From Nostoc sp. DedSLP01 (lineage in GTDB: Bacteria > Cyanobacteriota > Cyanobacteriia > Cyanobacteriales > Nostocaceae), in assembly GCA_034530875.2 (NCBI GenBank), contig JAVRCJ020000028.1, positions 36,836 to 98,729 on the forward strand: 61,894 nt of DNA, written 5' to 3'. The notes under the pieces were generated by a model that worked only from the letters and a program-made list of their open reading frames with translations, was not told where the DNA came from and did no database searches. Of the stretch, positions 18,313 through 29,763 are shown piece by piece. Made by a program: the position numbers and the translations under genes. Position 1 is the stretch's first letter; the number at the start of each line of letters is the position of its first letter.

Positions 18313-21300
18313 ATGGTAACGCAACCCAATCTTACACCCAACCAACCACACTCAACTTCCAGCAACGGTCATAAAGAAACTGGTAACGGGCATACCGTTA
18401 TACCTACACAACAGCAAGTTATCTCCACTTTAGAAGAATTACGAACTGAACTAGATCAAGCTGATTGGGTGGAAACAGGGCCATTGCGAGACAGAATTCG
18501 CAGGTTAAAAGAATTGGTAAATGTGTTGCCATATCAAGATGCAGGAGATGGATTAGAGGTAGAGCAAGTACAGGCGATCGCCAGCAAAATCCGCCAATAT
18601 TCCGATCTAGATACTTTGCTTGCTACTGCTGTCATGGAGGTACAAAACGCCCTGCAAGCCGATCGCGTGGTGGTGTATGAGTTTACGAATCCAACGCTGG
18701 GGATAGTTGCTGCGGAGGCGATGAGAGATGGTTTTACCCCCATGCTGAAGGAAAAACTGCCCGCCGTCACCTTTGGGTTAAGTTCTACCAAGCTTTATCA
18801 ACAAGAAAAATTAGTGGCGATCGCAGATACCTACACTGCAAGCTTGTCTCCTTACCAAAAGCAGCTTGTAGATCGGTTTCAGATCGGGGCTTGTTTGAGT
18901 TTGCCAATATTAACAAAAGATGGGGTTTGGGGTTTGTTGGTAGTGCAGCAATGCGCTGCACCTCGTCAGTGGCAGAATGCTGAAATTAAGTCGCTAAAAT
19001 TGCTCGCGCAGGAATTAGAAGTGCAACTGCAAGTTGCCGCGATTCAGGCTACATTGCAACAAGAAGTAGAAAAAGACCAAATCCTTACCGATGTAGCGAG
19101 TAAAATTCTCCAATCCAAAGATGTGGATACCATCTTTCGCATTGCCACCCAAGAAGTGCGGCAATCATTAAAATGCGATCGCGTGACAATCTATCGTTTC
19201 CAGCCAGATTGGAGTGGGGAATTTGTTGCTGAATCTGTTGGATCTGAGTGGGTTTCTCTGTTAGAAGAACAGCGAAACAACCCTGCAATTGTCAAGAACG
19301 TTAACTATTGCAGTGTGAGGAACTTTGCAGACGAAGGCGGATTAGTTGGGACAACAGGGCGATCGCACGATAGCTACATTCAGCACACCCAAGGCAAAAC
19401 TTTCCATCGCGGACAGGTCTATCGAGTCACTAATGATATCTACAGTGCTGGTTTTTCTGACTGCTATATCAAAGTTTTAGAAAGCTATCAAGCCAAAGCA
19501 TACATTATTGTTGCCATCTTCCAGGGAGAACAATTATGGGGCTTACTTGCTGCTTATCAAAATTCGCAGCCTCGTCAGTGGAGAGATAGTGAAGTGCGAC
19601 TGATGGTGCAGGTGGCATCTCTGTCTAGTATTGCTATTCAACAGTTGCAATATCAGCAACAACTTTATCAACGCTCTGAGGAGTCAGCCAAACTTGTTGA
19701 ACGAGAACGTACTGTTTTCGGCATCATTGAAAAGATTGGGCAAGCAACGGAGCTTCGCACCCTTTTCCGCACTGCAACCCAAGAATTGCGCCGATTTTTA
19801 AAATGCGATCGCGTAGTCGTTTATCAATTTTATCCAGACTGGAGTGGAGAAGTTATCGCTGAATCTCTAGCTGCTGGTTGGTCGTCCCTGTTGGATATTC
19901 AGGAACAAGAAACCATTTTAAAAACAGGCATGGTATCTTCCGAGCGTTGCAGTGTGAAGGAGTATGGCTCCCCTGGGAAACTCGATCCCGATACATATCT
20001 CAAGGAAACCCAGGGTGGAATCTACGCCAAAGAAAGGCGCTTCCGCAAAGTCAATGATATTTATGCTGCTGGTTTTTCACCTTGCTATGTAGAAGCATTA
20101 GAGAAATTCCAAGCCAAAGCATACATCATTGTTCCCATTTTCCGCACTGGTAAGCTTTGGGGTTTATTAGCAGCCTATCAAAATTCTGATGTTCGCAAAT
20201 GGACTGAAGAAGAGACTGGTGCTTTGTTGCAGATTAGCGAACCGTTGAGTATTGCCCTCCAGCAAGCTGAATATATCGAACAGCTACGGTTAAAAAATCT
20301 AGAAATGACCCAAGTAGCTGAAGTGGAAAACGCCATCGCGCGTATGGCGGAGAGAATGCGTCAGTCCCAACAGCTAGAAACGCTCTACCGCACTACCTTG
20401 GCAGAATTGCGGCAGTTATTCAAATGCGATCGCCTAGCAATATATCGCTTCAACTCTGACTGGAGTGGTGAATTTATCGCCGAATCTGTAGGAAGTGACT
20501 GGATACCTCTAATTGGCCCCGATGTCAAGACTATCTGGCAAGATGAATACCTACAGCAAACCCAAGGCGGGCGATATCGCCACAATGAAACCCTTGCCGT
20601 CAATGACATTTATACTTCTGGTCATACCCAGTGCTACATTGACCTACTGGAGCAGTATCAGGTTAAAGCTTACACCATCGCCCCGATTTTTACTGGAAAC
20701 AAACTTTGGGGTTGGTTAGGAGCCTATCAGAATAGCGGCCCGCGACAGTGGAATGCCGATGAGGTGCGGTTACTGAGCAAATTGGGCATTCAGTTGGGTT
20801 TAAGCGTGCAGCAAGCCGAGTACATCGAACAACTGAAAACCAAGAATGCAGAGTTGGCGCGCACAGCAGAAGAAGAACAAGTGCTGACAGGGATGGTAGA
20901 AAAAATCCGTCAGGCACAGGATACAGACACAATTTTCCGAAATTTGCTGCCAAGTTTACGCAAACAACTACAGTGCGATCGCCTAGCAGTATTTCGTTTT
21001 AGTCCTGACTGGAGTGTGGAGTTTGTTGCCGAATCCGTAAAAGACCAATGGTTGTCTTTAGCTGGTTCCGACATCAAAACGATTTGGATGGACGATCACT
21101 TGCAAGAAACTCAAGGCGGACGCTATCGCAATCATGAAACCTTTGTTGTCGATGATATTTACGCTGTCGGTCACGTTCAGTGCTACCTAGAGATATTAGA
21201 AAAAATCCAGGCCAAAGCTTACACGATCGCTCCTATCTTTACTGGAACGAAACTCTGGGGCTTTTTAGGAGCATACCAAAATACTGGCCCCCGACACTGG

Positions 21301-23550
21301 AAGCCCAAGGATGTGCAACTTTTGAAAAAACTAGCTGTGCAAATGGGTATAGGTTTGCAACAGGTTGAGTATATCGAACAGCTCAAAAAGAAGAATGCAG
21401 AGTTAGCCAGAACCGCAGAAGGGGAACGAGCCTTAACAAGGTTGGCAGAAAAAATCCGCCAAGTTCAAGAGCTAGATACGATTTTCCGCAACGCCTTACC
21501 AGAATTGCGATCGCACTTAGAATGCGATAGGCTTGCAGTGTATCGCTTCAATCCAGATTGGGGTGGGGAGTTTATTTCCGAATCCGTAAGTCGTGAATGG
21601 GTAGCTTTGGTTGGCCCCGATATCAGGACTATATGGGAAGACGAACACCTCCAACAAACCCAAGGCGGACGCTATCGCCACAACGAGACGTTTGTAATCA
21701 ATGACATTTACACTTCTGGCCATGCCCAGTGCCACATAAAAATTCTAGAGCAATTCCAGATGAGAGCCTATATCATCACCCCGATTATTGCCGGAAACAA
21801 GCTCTGGGGTTTGTTAGGAGCATATCAGAATGACGGGCCGCGGCACTGGCAAGATAATGAAATCAACTTGGTAGCGAAAATTGGTACGCAGTTTGGAGTT
21901 GCCGTTCAGCAATCGCAATACTTACAACAAACCTTAAACAAGAATGAGGAACTGATAAAACTGGCAGAACGGGAAGTAGCAAACGCCCGATTTTCCTATC
22001 GCTTGCCAAGTCGGTTAACAGAGATGGCCCAAACTCATGGTGATGTTCTGGAATTTGTCCAGTTTGCCACCCACGAACTTCGTCAACTGCTGAAAGTAGA
22101 TCGAGTTGGAGTTTACCGTTTTGAGCCTGATTGGTCGGGAGAATTTGTAGTTGAGTCTGTAACCGGGGATTGGCCGAAGCTTGTGGGGACTAGCCTTGCC
22201 AAAGTTAGAGATACCTATCTCCAGTACAACAAAGGCGGGCGTTATGCGCGCAAAGAAAGTTTGCGGGTTGAAAATATCTATACTGTCGGTCATGACGAAT
22301 GTCACATCCAATTGCTAGAACTGTGGGGAACTAAAGCCTATATGATTGCGCCGATTTTCCAAGAAGATCGGCTATGGGGTCTGATGGGAGTTTATCAAAA
22401 TAGCGCAGCGCGCCAATGGGAGCAATCAGAGGAGGATGTTCTCAACCAAGCTAGCGTCCAGATTGGTATTGCCCTGAATCTGGCAGAGTACTTAAAACAA
22501 GTGCGTACTCAAGAGCAGCAACTAGCAGAAGCCGCAGAGCGCGAACGCACTGCACGGGAAAAACTCCAACAAGGAGCAGTACGCGTTCTCATGGCTTTGG
22601 AACCATCCTTCAGGGGCGATCTCACCGTTCGCGCTCCCTTATCTGAAGATGAAATTGGGACGATCGCCGATGGTTACAACACTACGATCCAAAGCTTGCG
22701 AGATTTAGTGCGACAAGTGCAGATTGCTGCCAGCAAGGTGAGTGAAAATTCCAGCAATAACACTACTTCAGTAGTACAACTATCTAACCAAGCTCAACAG
22801 CAGGCACAACGCCTCGAAAACGCTTTGGAACAATTACAAATGATGGTAACTTCCACCCAGGTAGTTGCTGTTGATGCCCAAAGAGTAGGACAGGCGGTTC
22901 AAGAAGCGAATAGAACCGTCCAAGCTGGCGATTCTCTAATGGAAAGAACTGTAGATGGTATTTTGGAGATTCGGGAAACCGTCTCCGAAACAGCGAAGAA
23001 GATTAAACGCCTCGGTGAAGCTTCTCAAAAAATCTCAAAAGTAGTCAGCCTGATTGAAAACTTTGCCACTCAAACTAATTTGCTAGCCTTGAATGCGGCG
23101 ATTGAGGCTACCCGTGCTGGAGAGTACGGTAAAGGCTTTGCGGTGGTTGCAGATGAAGTTCGTTCCCTGGCTTATCAGTCAGCGAGTGCCACCACAGAAA
23201 TTGAGCGACTCGTGCAAGAAATTCAAAGTGGAACCAACGAAGTTACCGAAGCAATGGAAGTCGGGATTACCCAAGTTGTCCAAGGCTCGAACTTGATTGA
23301 TGAGACTCGTCATTCCCTGATTGCGATCGTGGCAGCTACCAACGAAATTGGTGGACTAGTGCAAGGAATTACTCAAGCAGTTTCCACTCAAAGTCAGCAA
23401 TCTCAGATATTGACAGAAGCGATGATGGATGTATCGGCGATCGCTCGCAAGACTTCGCAAAGTGCCATCCACATTTCCGAGTCTTTTGAAGAACTACGGA
23501 TGACTTCACAACAACTGGAAACCAGCGTTAGCCAGTTCAAAGTTGACTAA
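18313..23550 (+). CDS. ptxD: Soluble methyl-accepting photoreceptor with 7 GAF domains (6 cyanobacteriochrome-type), PtxD-like
   Basis: Seven DR-x-x-Y/F-x-F GAF repeats; chromophore Cys motifs SDCY, SPCY, TQCY, VQCY, AQCH, DECH; GAF1 lacks the Cys; C-terminal [33 protein letters not shown] signalling domain; no transmembrane segment seen. Architecture matches recalled N. punctiforme NpF2164. Confidence 0.88.
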   Translation: MVTQPNLTPNQPHSTSSNGHKETGNGHTVIPTQQQVISTLEELRTELDQADWVETGPLRDRIRRLKELVNVLPYQDAGDGLEVEQVQAIASKIRQYSDLDTLLATAVMEVQNALQADRVVVYEFTNPTLGIVAAEAMRDGFTPMLKEKLPAVTFGLSSTKLYQQEKLVAIADTYTASLSPYQKQLVDRFQIGACLSLPILTKDGVWGLLVVQQCAAPRQWQNAEIKSLKLLAQELEVQLQVAAIQATLQQEVEKDQILTDVASKILQSKDVDTIFRIATQEVRQSLKCDRVTIYRFQPDWSGEFVAESVGSEWVSLLEEQRNNPAIVKNVNYCSVRNFADEGGLVGTTGRSHDSYIQHTQGKTFHRGQVYRVTNDIYSAGFSDCYIKVLESYQAKAYIIVAIFQGEQLWGLLAAYQNSQPRQWRDSEVRLMVQVASLSSIAIQQLQYQQQLYQRSEESAKLVERERTVFGIIEKIGQATELRTLFRTATQELRRFLKCDRVVVYQFYPDWSGEVIAESLAAGWSSLLDIQEQETILKTGMVSSERCSVKEYGSPGKLDPDTYLKETQGGIYAKERRFRKVNDIYAAGFSPCYVEALEKFQAKAYIIVPIFRTGKLWGLLAAYQNSDVRKWTEEETGALLQISEPLSIALQQAEYIEQLRLKNLEMTQVAEVENAIARMAERMRQSQQLETLYRTTLAELRQLFKCDRLAIYRFNSDWSGEFIAESVGSDWIPLIGPDVKTIWQDEYLQQTQGGRYRHNETLAVNDIYTSGHTQCYIDLLEQYQVKAYTIAPIFTGNKLWGWLGAYQNSGPRQWNADEVRLLSKLGIQLGLSVQQAEYIEQLKTKNAELARTAEEEQVLTGMVEKIRQAQDTDTIFRNLLPSLRKQLQCDRLAVFRFSPDWSVEFVAESVKDQWLSLAGSDIKTIWMDDHLQETQGGRYRNHETFVVDDIYAVGHVQCYLEILEKIQAKAYTIAPIFTGTKLWGFLGAYQNTGPRHWKPKDVQLLKKLAVQMGIGLQQVEYIEQLKKKNAELARTAEGERALTRLAEKIRQVQELDTIFRNALPELRSHLECDRLAVYRFNPDWGGEFISESVSREWVALVGPDIRTIWEDEHLQQTQGGRYRHNETFVINDIYTSGHAQCHIKILEQFQMRAYIITPIIAGNKLWGLLGAYQNDGPRHWQDNEINLVAKIGTQFGVAVQQSQYLQQTLNKNEELIKLAEREVANARFSYRLPSRLTEMAQTHGDVLEFVQFATHELRQLLKVDRVGVYRFEPDWSGEFVVESVTGDWPKLVGTSLAKVRDTYLQYNKGGRYARKESLRVENIYTVGHDECHIQLLELWGTKAYMIAPIFQEDRLWGLMGVYQNSAARQWEQSEEDVLNQASVQIGIALNLAEYLKQVRTQEQQLAEAAERERTAREKLQQGAVRVLMALEPSFRGDLTVRAPLSEDEIGTIADGYNTTIQSLRDLVRQVQIAASKVSENSSNNTTSVVQLSNQAQQQAQRLENALEQLQMMVTSTQVVAVDAQRVGQAVQEANRTVQAGDSLMERTVDGILEIRETVSETAKKIKRLGEASQKISKVVSLIENFATQTNLLALNAAIEATRAGEYGKGFAVVADEVRSLAYQSASATTEIERLVQEIQSGTNEVTEAMEVGITQVVQGSNLIDETRHSLIAIVAATNEIGGLVQGITQAVSTQSQQSQILTEAMMDVSAIARKTSQSAIHISESFEELRMTSQQLETSVSQFKVD

Positions 23551-23680
23551 TACCAATTCGCAATGGGCTTCGCTAACGCAATTCGCAATTCGCAATTAAG
23601 AAATCTAGCTCCAGTAAGACTTTCCTGATTTCCATCTGTTGCCTCATTTTAGAGAATTGGTATAATTTCGCAAAACTGTT

Positions 23681-26600
23681 ATGAACACCCATCCCAGTAA
23701 TCAAGAGCAGTTAGAGCAGGCTTTTCTGGCTGAAGCGGCAGAGTTGTTGCAAACCATCGAGCAGAGTCTCATCGGTTTACTTGATGAAAAAACCACAGAA
23801 AAAGTTCACGCCTTGATGCGAAGCGCCCATACTCTTAAAGGGAGTGCTGCCAGTGTTGGACAGGAAACGATTAAGACAATTGCCCATCATTTGGAAGATG
23901 TATTCCAGGCGTTATACCCTCAAGAACTGGAAATCGATCCAGAATTGGGTGCTTTGCTTCTAGATGCTTATGAGTGTTTGCGAACTCCCTTGAGTGCAAC
24001 CTTAATGGGCTTATCCTACAATGAGGCAGAAATCCTCGATAAAACTGCCTCAATTTTTGCCCAACTCCAACATAAACTAGGCGACTTTTTTGGTCGTGAG
24101 GCTCCGCTTCCCAGTTCGGAAGAACTTGGCTTTGATGTGGTAGAGTCTATCTTTTCCGGGAGCGTAACCCAGGATTTGCAACAGCTCGAAGCTGACATTC
24201 AAAGCCAAGATCCGCAACAAATTCAGATAACACTCAACTCTCAAGCAGAATTTTTTGCCGAACTAGCAGCATCTTATAGCTTATCTGGATTGGAAGAAAT
24301 TGCTCAGGCGACCCTAAACGCGCTCAAAGCGCATCCAGACAAAGTACTGGAAATAGCTCAGGTGGCTTTAGAAAATTTTAAAGCAGCTCAAGCAGCAGTA
24401 CTAGCAGGCGATCGCATTCAAGGCGGAGAAATATCTCCACAATTGCGAGAATGGGCAGGAATAACTACTCCTGTTTTAGAACCGCAAGGGCAGCCAGTTG
24501 CGATCGCTGCCCCACCAACACAAACGACTACAACTGAGAATCAGCCATCCCCCCTTCTCAGTGCCAGCGAAGCGGAATCAATTTGGTCGTTTTTTCCGAA
24601 GCGGACTGATAACGCCGTAGCGAAAGCACCAGAGGTACTCGAACCAATTTCTCAGGATTCGGTAGTAGCCCCCTCTGCCATAGATCGGATTTTACAGTCA
24701 ATCTGGATAGGAGACCCACAGACATCCTGCCGATACACAGACTCAGAACGGCCAGCCTCTCCACCACCAGCACCAAGCCTCCAGGCTCAGTCATCGGCAT
24801 CACTTCCCAGTATCCGAGTTGCGATCGAACAACTCGATCGCCTCAGTCATACGATTGGGGAATTGCTAATCAACGAAAACCAACAAAACCTACAATCTAA
24901 CCACATCCACAAAGTAGCTCAAGAGACTCTACTACAGTTTTTGCACTGTCAACAACAACTTAGTAAAGTTTCTACTTGGTCGGATCGACAACTGCTTCCC
25001 GAACGCGCAAACCAGCGATACCCACGTTGCTCAATTGTCCGTCCTTCCCCAACTGCCCAGGCACAATCTAATTTTGATGCCTTAGAAATGGATAGCTATA
25101 GCGAGTTGCACATTCTCCTGCAAAATCTCACAGAAGACATGGTGCAATTAGGAGAACGGATTGAGACTTTTAATACTTTAGTTCAGCAATCTCGCTTCAG
25201 TCTCGGCAAGCGCAAACAACTGCTCTCAGGAGCGCAGGAAGATTTGCTGCAAGCGAGAATGGTGCCCCTGGGAACAGTGTTAAATCGCTTTCCCCGCCTC
25301 TTGCAACAGATGGTAGCAACTTATCATAAGCCTGTTGAACTCAAGCTTGGCGGCACCAAGGTACTGGTGGATAAAGCCATTTCCGAGCAGTTGTACGATC
25401 CTTTGCTACACATGATTCGCAATGCCTTCGATCACGGCATTGAACCAGTAGAAACCCGTAGACAGCAAGGTAAACCAGAAACCGGAACAATTACAATTCA
25501 AGCCTATCATCAAGGCAACCGCACTACTATTGAGGTCAGGGATGATGGTCGAGGCTTTAACTGGGAATCCATTCGTCAACGAGGTATAGAAAAAAACTTA
25601 CTAACATCGGAACAAGCCGCCTACGCCTCCGAAGACCAACTAGCAGAGTTATTATTTGAACCGGGCTTTTCTACCGCTAACCAGGTTGGTGAGTTATCTG
25701 GTCGCGGTATCGGCTTAGATGTCGTTCGCACGCAATTGCAAGCTTTACAAGGTTCGATTTTGGTGCGATCGCTTTCAGGGCAAGGAACCACTTTCACCCT
25801 GCAATTGCCCCTGAGCTTGACAACGGCACGCTTGCTCGTTTGTCAATCTCAAGGTATTACTTATGCCTTGCTGTCTGAAGGAATTAGCCAGGTTTTATTA
25901 CCGCAGCCAGACCAGATTCAAGTCCAGCAATCTTTACACGGGCAAGGTATGCAAAAATTCTGGCAGTGGGGAGAAGGGCAAAATCAGCAACTAGTTCCCA
26001 TCCGCCCGCTTGCCAATTTGCTGGATTACAAATATCCTTTATTCACCCAAGACAACAATTTAACCCTCAGTCCTTTTCCAGTCAAACAACGCAACACTGT
26101 CGAACCTCTGCTGCTGTTGCAAACAGAGCAGCAATACCTGTGTTTGCAAGTTGATCAGATTTTAGTCGAGCAGGAATTAGTAATTAAATCCCTCGGCAGA
26201 GTCGTGACTTTACCTAGTTACATCCAAGGTTACAGCGTCTTGGGAAATGGTAGCCTCACCCTCACCGTTGACCCGTTGGAGTTAGTTCGTCAAACCTGGG
26301 AGACAGATATAATGCCGACTTCCTCGGCATCAAGTCTTACAACTAAACTCTTGCCTGCGCCTGAGCCTGTTCTTACTCTAGAGGGGCAGCAATCCGAGCT
26401 AACGATAACACAACCGCAGCAACAGCCAATAGAAGTTAATACAGCCGTTGCTCAACCTAATCGACAGACGGTGTTAGTGGTGGAAGATTCGGTTGTCCAA
26501 AGGCAAAGTTTGGTGCAGACGCTTCAGAAAGCCGATTATCAAGTGTTGCAAGCAGGCGATGGTCGAGAGGGGATCGCCCAAATGCTTCAACACGGTAATG

Positions 26601-26830
26601 TCAATTTAGTGATTTGTGACATTGAAATGCCACGTATGAATGGATTTGAGTTCTTAGAACACCATCGCCAAGACGAGCGTTTGTCCGGGATTCCTGTGGT
26701 GATGCTAACTACTCGTAGCGGCCAGAAGCACCGCCAATTAGCTTTAGCTCTAGGGGCGAAAGCTTACCTGACCAAACCCTATTCAGAGCAGAACTTCCTA
26801 GCCACCATCGCCGAATTGGTTAATGGGTAA
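23681..26830 (+). CDS. CheA hybrid histidine kinase (Hpt, HATPase, CheW, receiver), PtxE-like
   Basis: Hpt MRSAHTLKG, N-box HMIRNAFDHG, DDGRG, FEPGFST, GRGIGLDVV, C-terminal receiver. Confidence 0.93.
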   Translation: MNTHPSNQEQLEQAFLAEAAELLQTIEQSLIGLLDEKTTEKVHALMRSAHTLKGSAASVGQETIKTIAHHLEDVFQALYPQELEIDPELGALLLDAYECLRTPLSATLMGLSYNEAEILDKTASIFAQLQHKLGDFFGREAPLPSSEELGFDVVESIFSGSVTQDLQQLEADIQSQDPQQIQITLNSQAEFFAELAASYSLSGLEEIAQATLNALKAHPDKVLEIAQVALENFKAAQAAVLAGDRIQGGEISPQLREWAGITTPVLEPQGQPVAIAAPPTQTTTTENQPSPLLSASEAESIWSFFPKRTDNAVAKAPEVLEPISQDSVVAPSAIDRILQSIWIGDPQTSCRYTDSERPASPPPAPSLQAQSSASLPSIRVAIEQLDRLSHTIGELLINENQQNLQSNHIHKVAQETLLQFLHCQQQLSKVSTWSDRQLLPERANQRYPRCSIVRPSPTAQAQSNFDALEMDSYSELHILLQNLTEDMVQLGERIETFNTLVQQSRFSLGKRKQLLSGAQEDLLQARMVPLGTVLNRFPRLLQQMVATYHKPVELKLGGTKVLVDKAISEQLYDPLLHMIRNAFDHGIEPVETRRQQGKPETGTITIQAYHQGNRTTIEVRDDGRGFNWESIRQRGIEKNLLTSEQAAYASEDQLAELLFEPGFSTANQVGELSGRGIGLDVVRTQLQALQGSILVRSLSGQGTTFTLQLPLSLTTARLLVCQSQGITYALLSEGISQVLLPQPDQIQVQQSLHGQGMQKFWQWGEGQNQQLVPIRPLANLLDYKYPLFTQDNNLTLSPFPVKQRNTVEPLLLLQTEQQYLCLQVDQILVEQELVIKSLGRVVTLPSYIQGYSVLGNGSLTLTVDPLELVRQTWETDIMPTSSASSLTTKLLPAPEPVLTLEGQQSELTITQPQQQPIEVNTAVAQPNRQTVLVVEDSVVQRQSLVQTLQKADYQVLQAGDGREGIAQMLQHGNVNLVICDIEMPRMNGFEFLEHHRQDERLSGIPVVMLTTRSGQKHRQLALALGAKAYLTKPYSEQNFLATIAELVNG

Positions 26831-26878
26831 AGGCGAAGGGGTAAAGGGGAAAGGGTAAAGGGTAAAGGGGAAGGAAGA

Positions 26879-27256
26879 ATGGAAAGGAAAAAAATTGAAA
26901 CTTTTGAGGATTTAAAAGTATGGCAAAAAGGTATTGACTTAGTTAAGCAAATATACTTAAGGAATAAGGAAGGTGAACTGAGTAAAGACTTTGGTTTAAG
27001 AGATCAGTTGAGACGTGCATCCGTATCAATACCTACAAATATTGCAGAAGGATTTGAACGATATTCTCGCAAAGAATACTTAAACTTTCTAAATATTGCT
27101 AAAGGGTCTGCTGGTGAAGTTCGCAGTCTTTTAAAAGTAGCGTTAGAAGTGGGCTATCTAGACCAACCAACTTATACACAACTTTCTAATCAAGCTATAG
27201 AGTTGAGCCGTATGCTATCTAATCAAATTCAATCTATAAATCAGTCATTAAAATAA
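26879..27256 (+). CDS. Four-helix-bundle protein (23S rRNA intervening-sequence protein / Avd-like family)
   Basis: FEDLKVWQKG, DFGLRDQLRRASVSIPTNIAEGFER, FLNIAKGSAGEVRS; AT-rich; flanked by inverted purine/pyrimidine repeats. Confidence 0.92.
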   Translation: MERKKIETFEDLKVWQKGIDLVKQIYLRNKEGELSKDFGLRDQLRRASVSIPTNIAEGFERYSRKEYLNFLNIAKGSAGEVRSLLKVALEVGYLDQPTYTQLSNQAIELSRMLSNQIQSINQSLK

Positions 27257-27316
27257 TAAATCTTTCCCTTTCCCCTTTACCCTTCTTCATGAATTACGAA
27301 TTACGAATTAGTATTT

Positions 27317-28339
27317 ATGCTTAACACTCCCTTTCCGTTTAAGCGATTATCTGGTGCTGTGACCGAAAGCGACTCATTACGAGTCGTTGTTTTTGCGATC
27401 GCAGACTATTTATTTGCCTTGCCAGTTGGTGCAGTTCTCAAGGTGATTGCTTGTCCTCCTATTAAGAGTACGGTTGAAAGTGGGATCGGGATGGTCGATT
27501 TAGGAGCGCAAAGTATTACGATTGTGGACTTACGCCAGAAATTAATTCCGCAATTACAAACCCAACAGACACACCAAGTTTCTGCGGTTGAGACTTCAGG
27601 GCGCTTTTTACTTCTGACTCAAACCCGGACTGGAGAACTTTGTGGCATTCCTGTGGACAAGCCCCCTGCTTTAATCGATATTCCTTTGTCAGCTGTGCGT
27701 CCAGTGCCTTGGTCTTATCGGCAAGTGGCAGAGTTAAACTTTGTTAGCCACATGGCTGTCTTGTCTGTAGCACCAAATGAAGAACCACTCAAAGTCCTGC
27801 TTCTAGGCATGAACCAGATATTGGCTGATAAGTTAGGCTTGCCTGGGACAACTTCAACCTTGGCTTCTGGGTTGACATCATGCGAACAACGGCAAAGATT
27901 TCTGCGTTTTTCCTTGGGCGATCGAGGAAGTGGATTAATACCATTCCACTCAGTAGTGGACATGATTCATATCTCTAGCCAAGAAATTTCTCCAGCCCCG
28001 GCCTTACCAAGTTGGATTTTAGGTTTCTATAATTGGCAAGGACAGATGCTGCGGCTGGTTGACTTAGAACATTTGCTTGGTTATGCACCGCTTTTTAAGC
28101 GACAGTCACGACCAGAAAAGCCAATAGTTCTGGTTGTTGAGCTTCAAAATCAGGTAGTCGGGTTTTTAGTCGCTCATGTCTTAGATGTAGAGTGGCAGGA
28201 TTTACAGCAAACACAATCGGCACCAACCGACTTTTCCCCCAACAAACTACTAAATTTTGTTCGAGGTATTCTGCCAGGCGATCGCTGGATTTTAGACACC
28301 AAAGCCATCGCCCAGACATTGCAATGGCAAACCCACTGA
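27317..28339 (+). CDS. Protein with two CheW-like domains
   Basis: VVVFAIADYLFALPVGAVLKVI and a second domain ISPAPALPSWILGFYNWQGQMLRLVDL. Confidence 0.85.
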   Translation: MLNTPFPFKRLSGAVTESDSLRVVVFAIADYLFALPVGAVLKVIACPPIKSTVESGIGMVDLGAQSITIVDLRQKLIPQLQTQQTHQVSAVETSGRFLLLTQTRTGELCGIPVDKPPALIDIPLSAVRPVPWSYRQVAELNFVSHMAVLSVAPNEEPLKVLLLGMNQILADKLGLPGTTSTLASGLTSCEQRQRFLRFSLGDRGSGLIPFHSVVDMIHISSQEISPAPALPSWILGFYNWQGQMLRLVDLEHLLGYAPLFKRQSRPEKPIVLVVELQNQVVGFLVAHVLDVEWQDLQQTQSAPTDFSPNKLLNFVRGILPGDRWILDTKAIAQTLQWQTH

Positions 28340-28368
28340 TTTAACTTGATGCTGCCAAGGAGTTTTCT

Positions 28369-29619
28369 GTGACGATCGCAACTTTAGACCCTAATTTTGA
28401 AACCCAGCCTGACAATCAAATCCAGATAGAAGAAATTTTGGCTAATGTGGCTGTACTCAAAGCAGTCTTTCAATCTGCTAAGGGGCCAAAGGTCGCTCAA
28501 TTGCAGCACAAGGTAAGTCAAATCGAAGCTTTTATCCAAGCTTTGGCTAAGGATTCGCCCAGTGACAATGATGACAATGTGCAAAGGGCTTTTCAGTTCC
28601 AGCGAGAACAAATGGCGGCAATTGCTCGGCAAATGCAGCAGGCAAAAGGCCAAACTGCACTTTTGGAAACTACAGTCACCGCCGTGCAAGATGTTCTCAA
28701 CGCCGATCGCGTCCTGATTTATCGCTTTGAGGAAGATAATCGCACTCGAGCGATCGCTGAAGCCACACAAGCGGGTTTGACATCCTTACTCAACCAATCC
28801 CTACCGATAAATTTGTTTGTTACTAAACCTGATGTTAGTGACCCAACTGAAGTCTTAGAACTAACCCCGCGCCAACAGCAATTTTGGCAACGCTTTCAGG
28901 TACAAGCGAGTCTGTGCTTGCCCTTGATTGTCAAACAACAGCCTTGGGGTTTGTTAGTTATTCATCATTGCCTTGCACCCCGAAAATGGCAGGAAGCAGA
29001 GCGCAGTTTACTGCAACAAGTAGCAATGATGTTGACAATTAACTTGCACTCGGCTGAAATAGTAACTCCACCTGCTCAACATTTGTCATCGCCTCCCCAA
29101 AAAGCTGAATCTTTCGATCGCTCGCAGTTACTAGTGCCATTGCAGCAGGTGAGCCAGGCGGTACAAGAAGGAGTAAGAATCGCCGAGCAAGAGCGCGAGT
29201 ATTTAATGTCTATTCAAGATACTGTTGCTTTTACAAATAAACAGCTGCAATACCTTGGGGAATTTTGCCAGCAAGCTTCTGGCTTTGTCGGCCTTGTGGA
29301 AGGTTTGAGTAGCAAAATTCAGATTTTGTCCTTGAATACAGCTATTGAAGCAACAAAAGCTGAGCAGGAACTAAGTTTGCTGGCTGCTGCGGAACAGGTG
29401 GAAATTCTCGCCCGCCATGCCCGCGAAAGCACCCTAAATATAGAGGAATGGTTTCAAGAACTCCAAGTGGTAGCAGCAGACGTTGCTTCTGCTATCGAAC
29501 CGTGCGATCGCCAAATCAGTGCAGGGCTGGAGTCAATCGCGCAAATCCAGGAGCAATTTAAAGCGATCGCTGACATCGCTGCTTGTACCCTCAAATCAAT
29601 AGACCTCTTGCAAAAGTAA
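28369..29619 (+). CDS. Degenerate GAF + MCP-like protein
   Basis: One Cys-less GAF (ADRVLIYRF..PWGLLVIHHC) and a diverged signalling hairpin (IQILSLNTAIEATKA). Confidence 0.8.
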   Translation: MTIATLDPNFETQPDNQIQIEEILANVAVLKAVFQSAKGPKVAQLQHKVSQIEAFIQALAKDSPSDNDDNVQRAFQFQREQMAAIARQMQQAKGQTALLETTVTAVQDVLNADRVLIYRFEEDNRTRAIAEATQAGLTSLLNQSLPINLFVTKPDVSDPTEVLELTPRQQQFWQRFQVQASLCLPLIVKQQPWGLLVIHHCLAPRKWQEAERSLLQQVAMMLTINLHSAEIVTPPAQHLSSPPQKAESFDRSQLLVPLQQVSQAVQEGVRIAEQEREYLMSIQDTVAFTNKQLQYLGEFCQQASGFVGLVEGLSSKIQILSLNTAIEATKAEQELSLLAAAEQVEILARHARESTLNIEEWFQELQVVAADVASAIEPCDRQISAGLESIAQIQEQFKAIADIAACTLKSIDLLQK

Positions 29620-29724
29620 CTTTTGTAAGAGGGGGGAAAGGGAAAAGGTTAAAGGAAAAAGGGTTTTTATGAGCCGCTTTCCCCTTTACCCCTTACCCTT
29701 TTCCCCACTTCTGCAAGAAGTCCA
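29600..29724. repeat. MITE-like element copy 3; supplies the last codons and stop of the MCP-like gene
   Basis: TAGACCTCTTGCA at 29600, TGCAAGAAGTCCA at 29712-29724. Confidence 0.65.
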
Positions 29725-29763
29725 ATGTCGAAGCCATAGAATTGTCACAAACCAGGAGTTTCG

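Noticed and set aside
26879..27256. Diversity-generating retroelement (Avd-like gene)
   Set aside because: No reverse transcriptase and no template/variable repeat pair with adenine-specific mismatches seen in the window.
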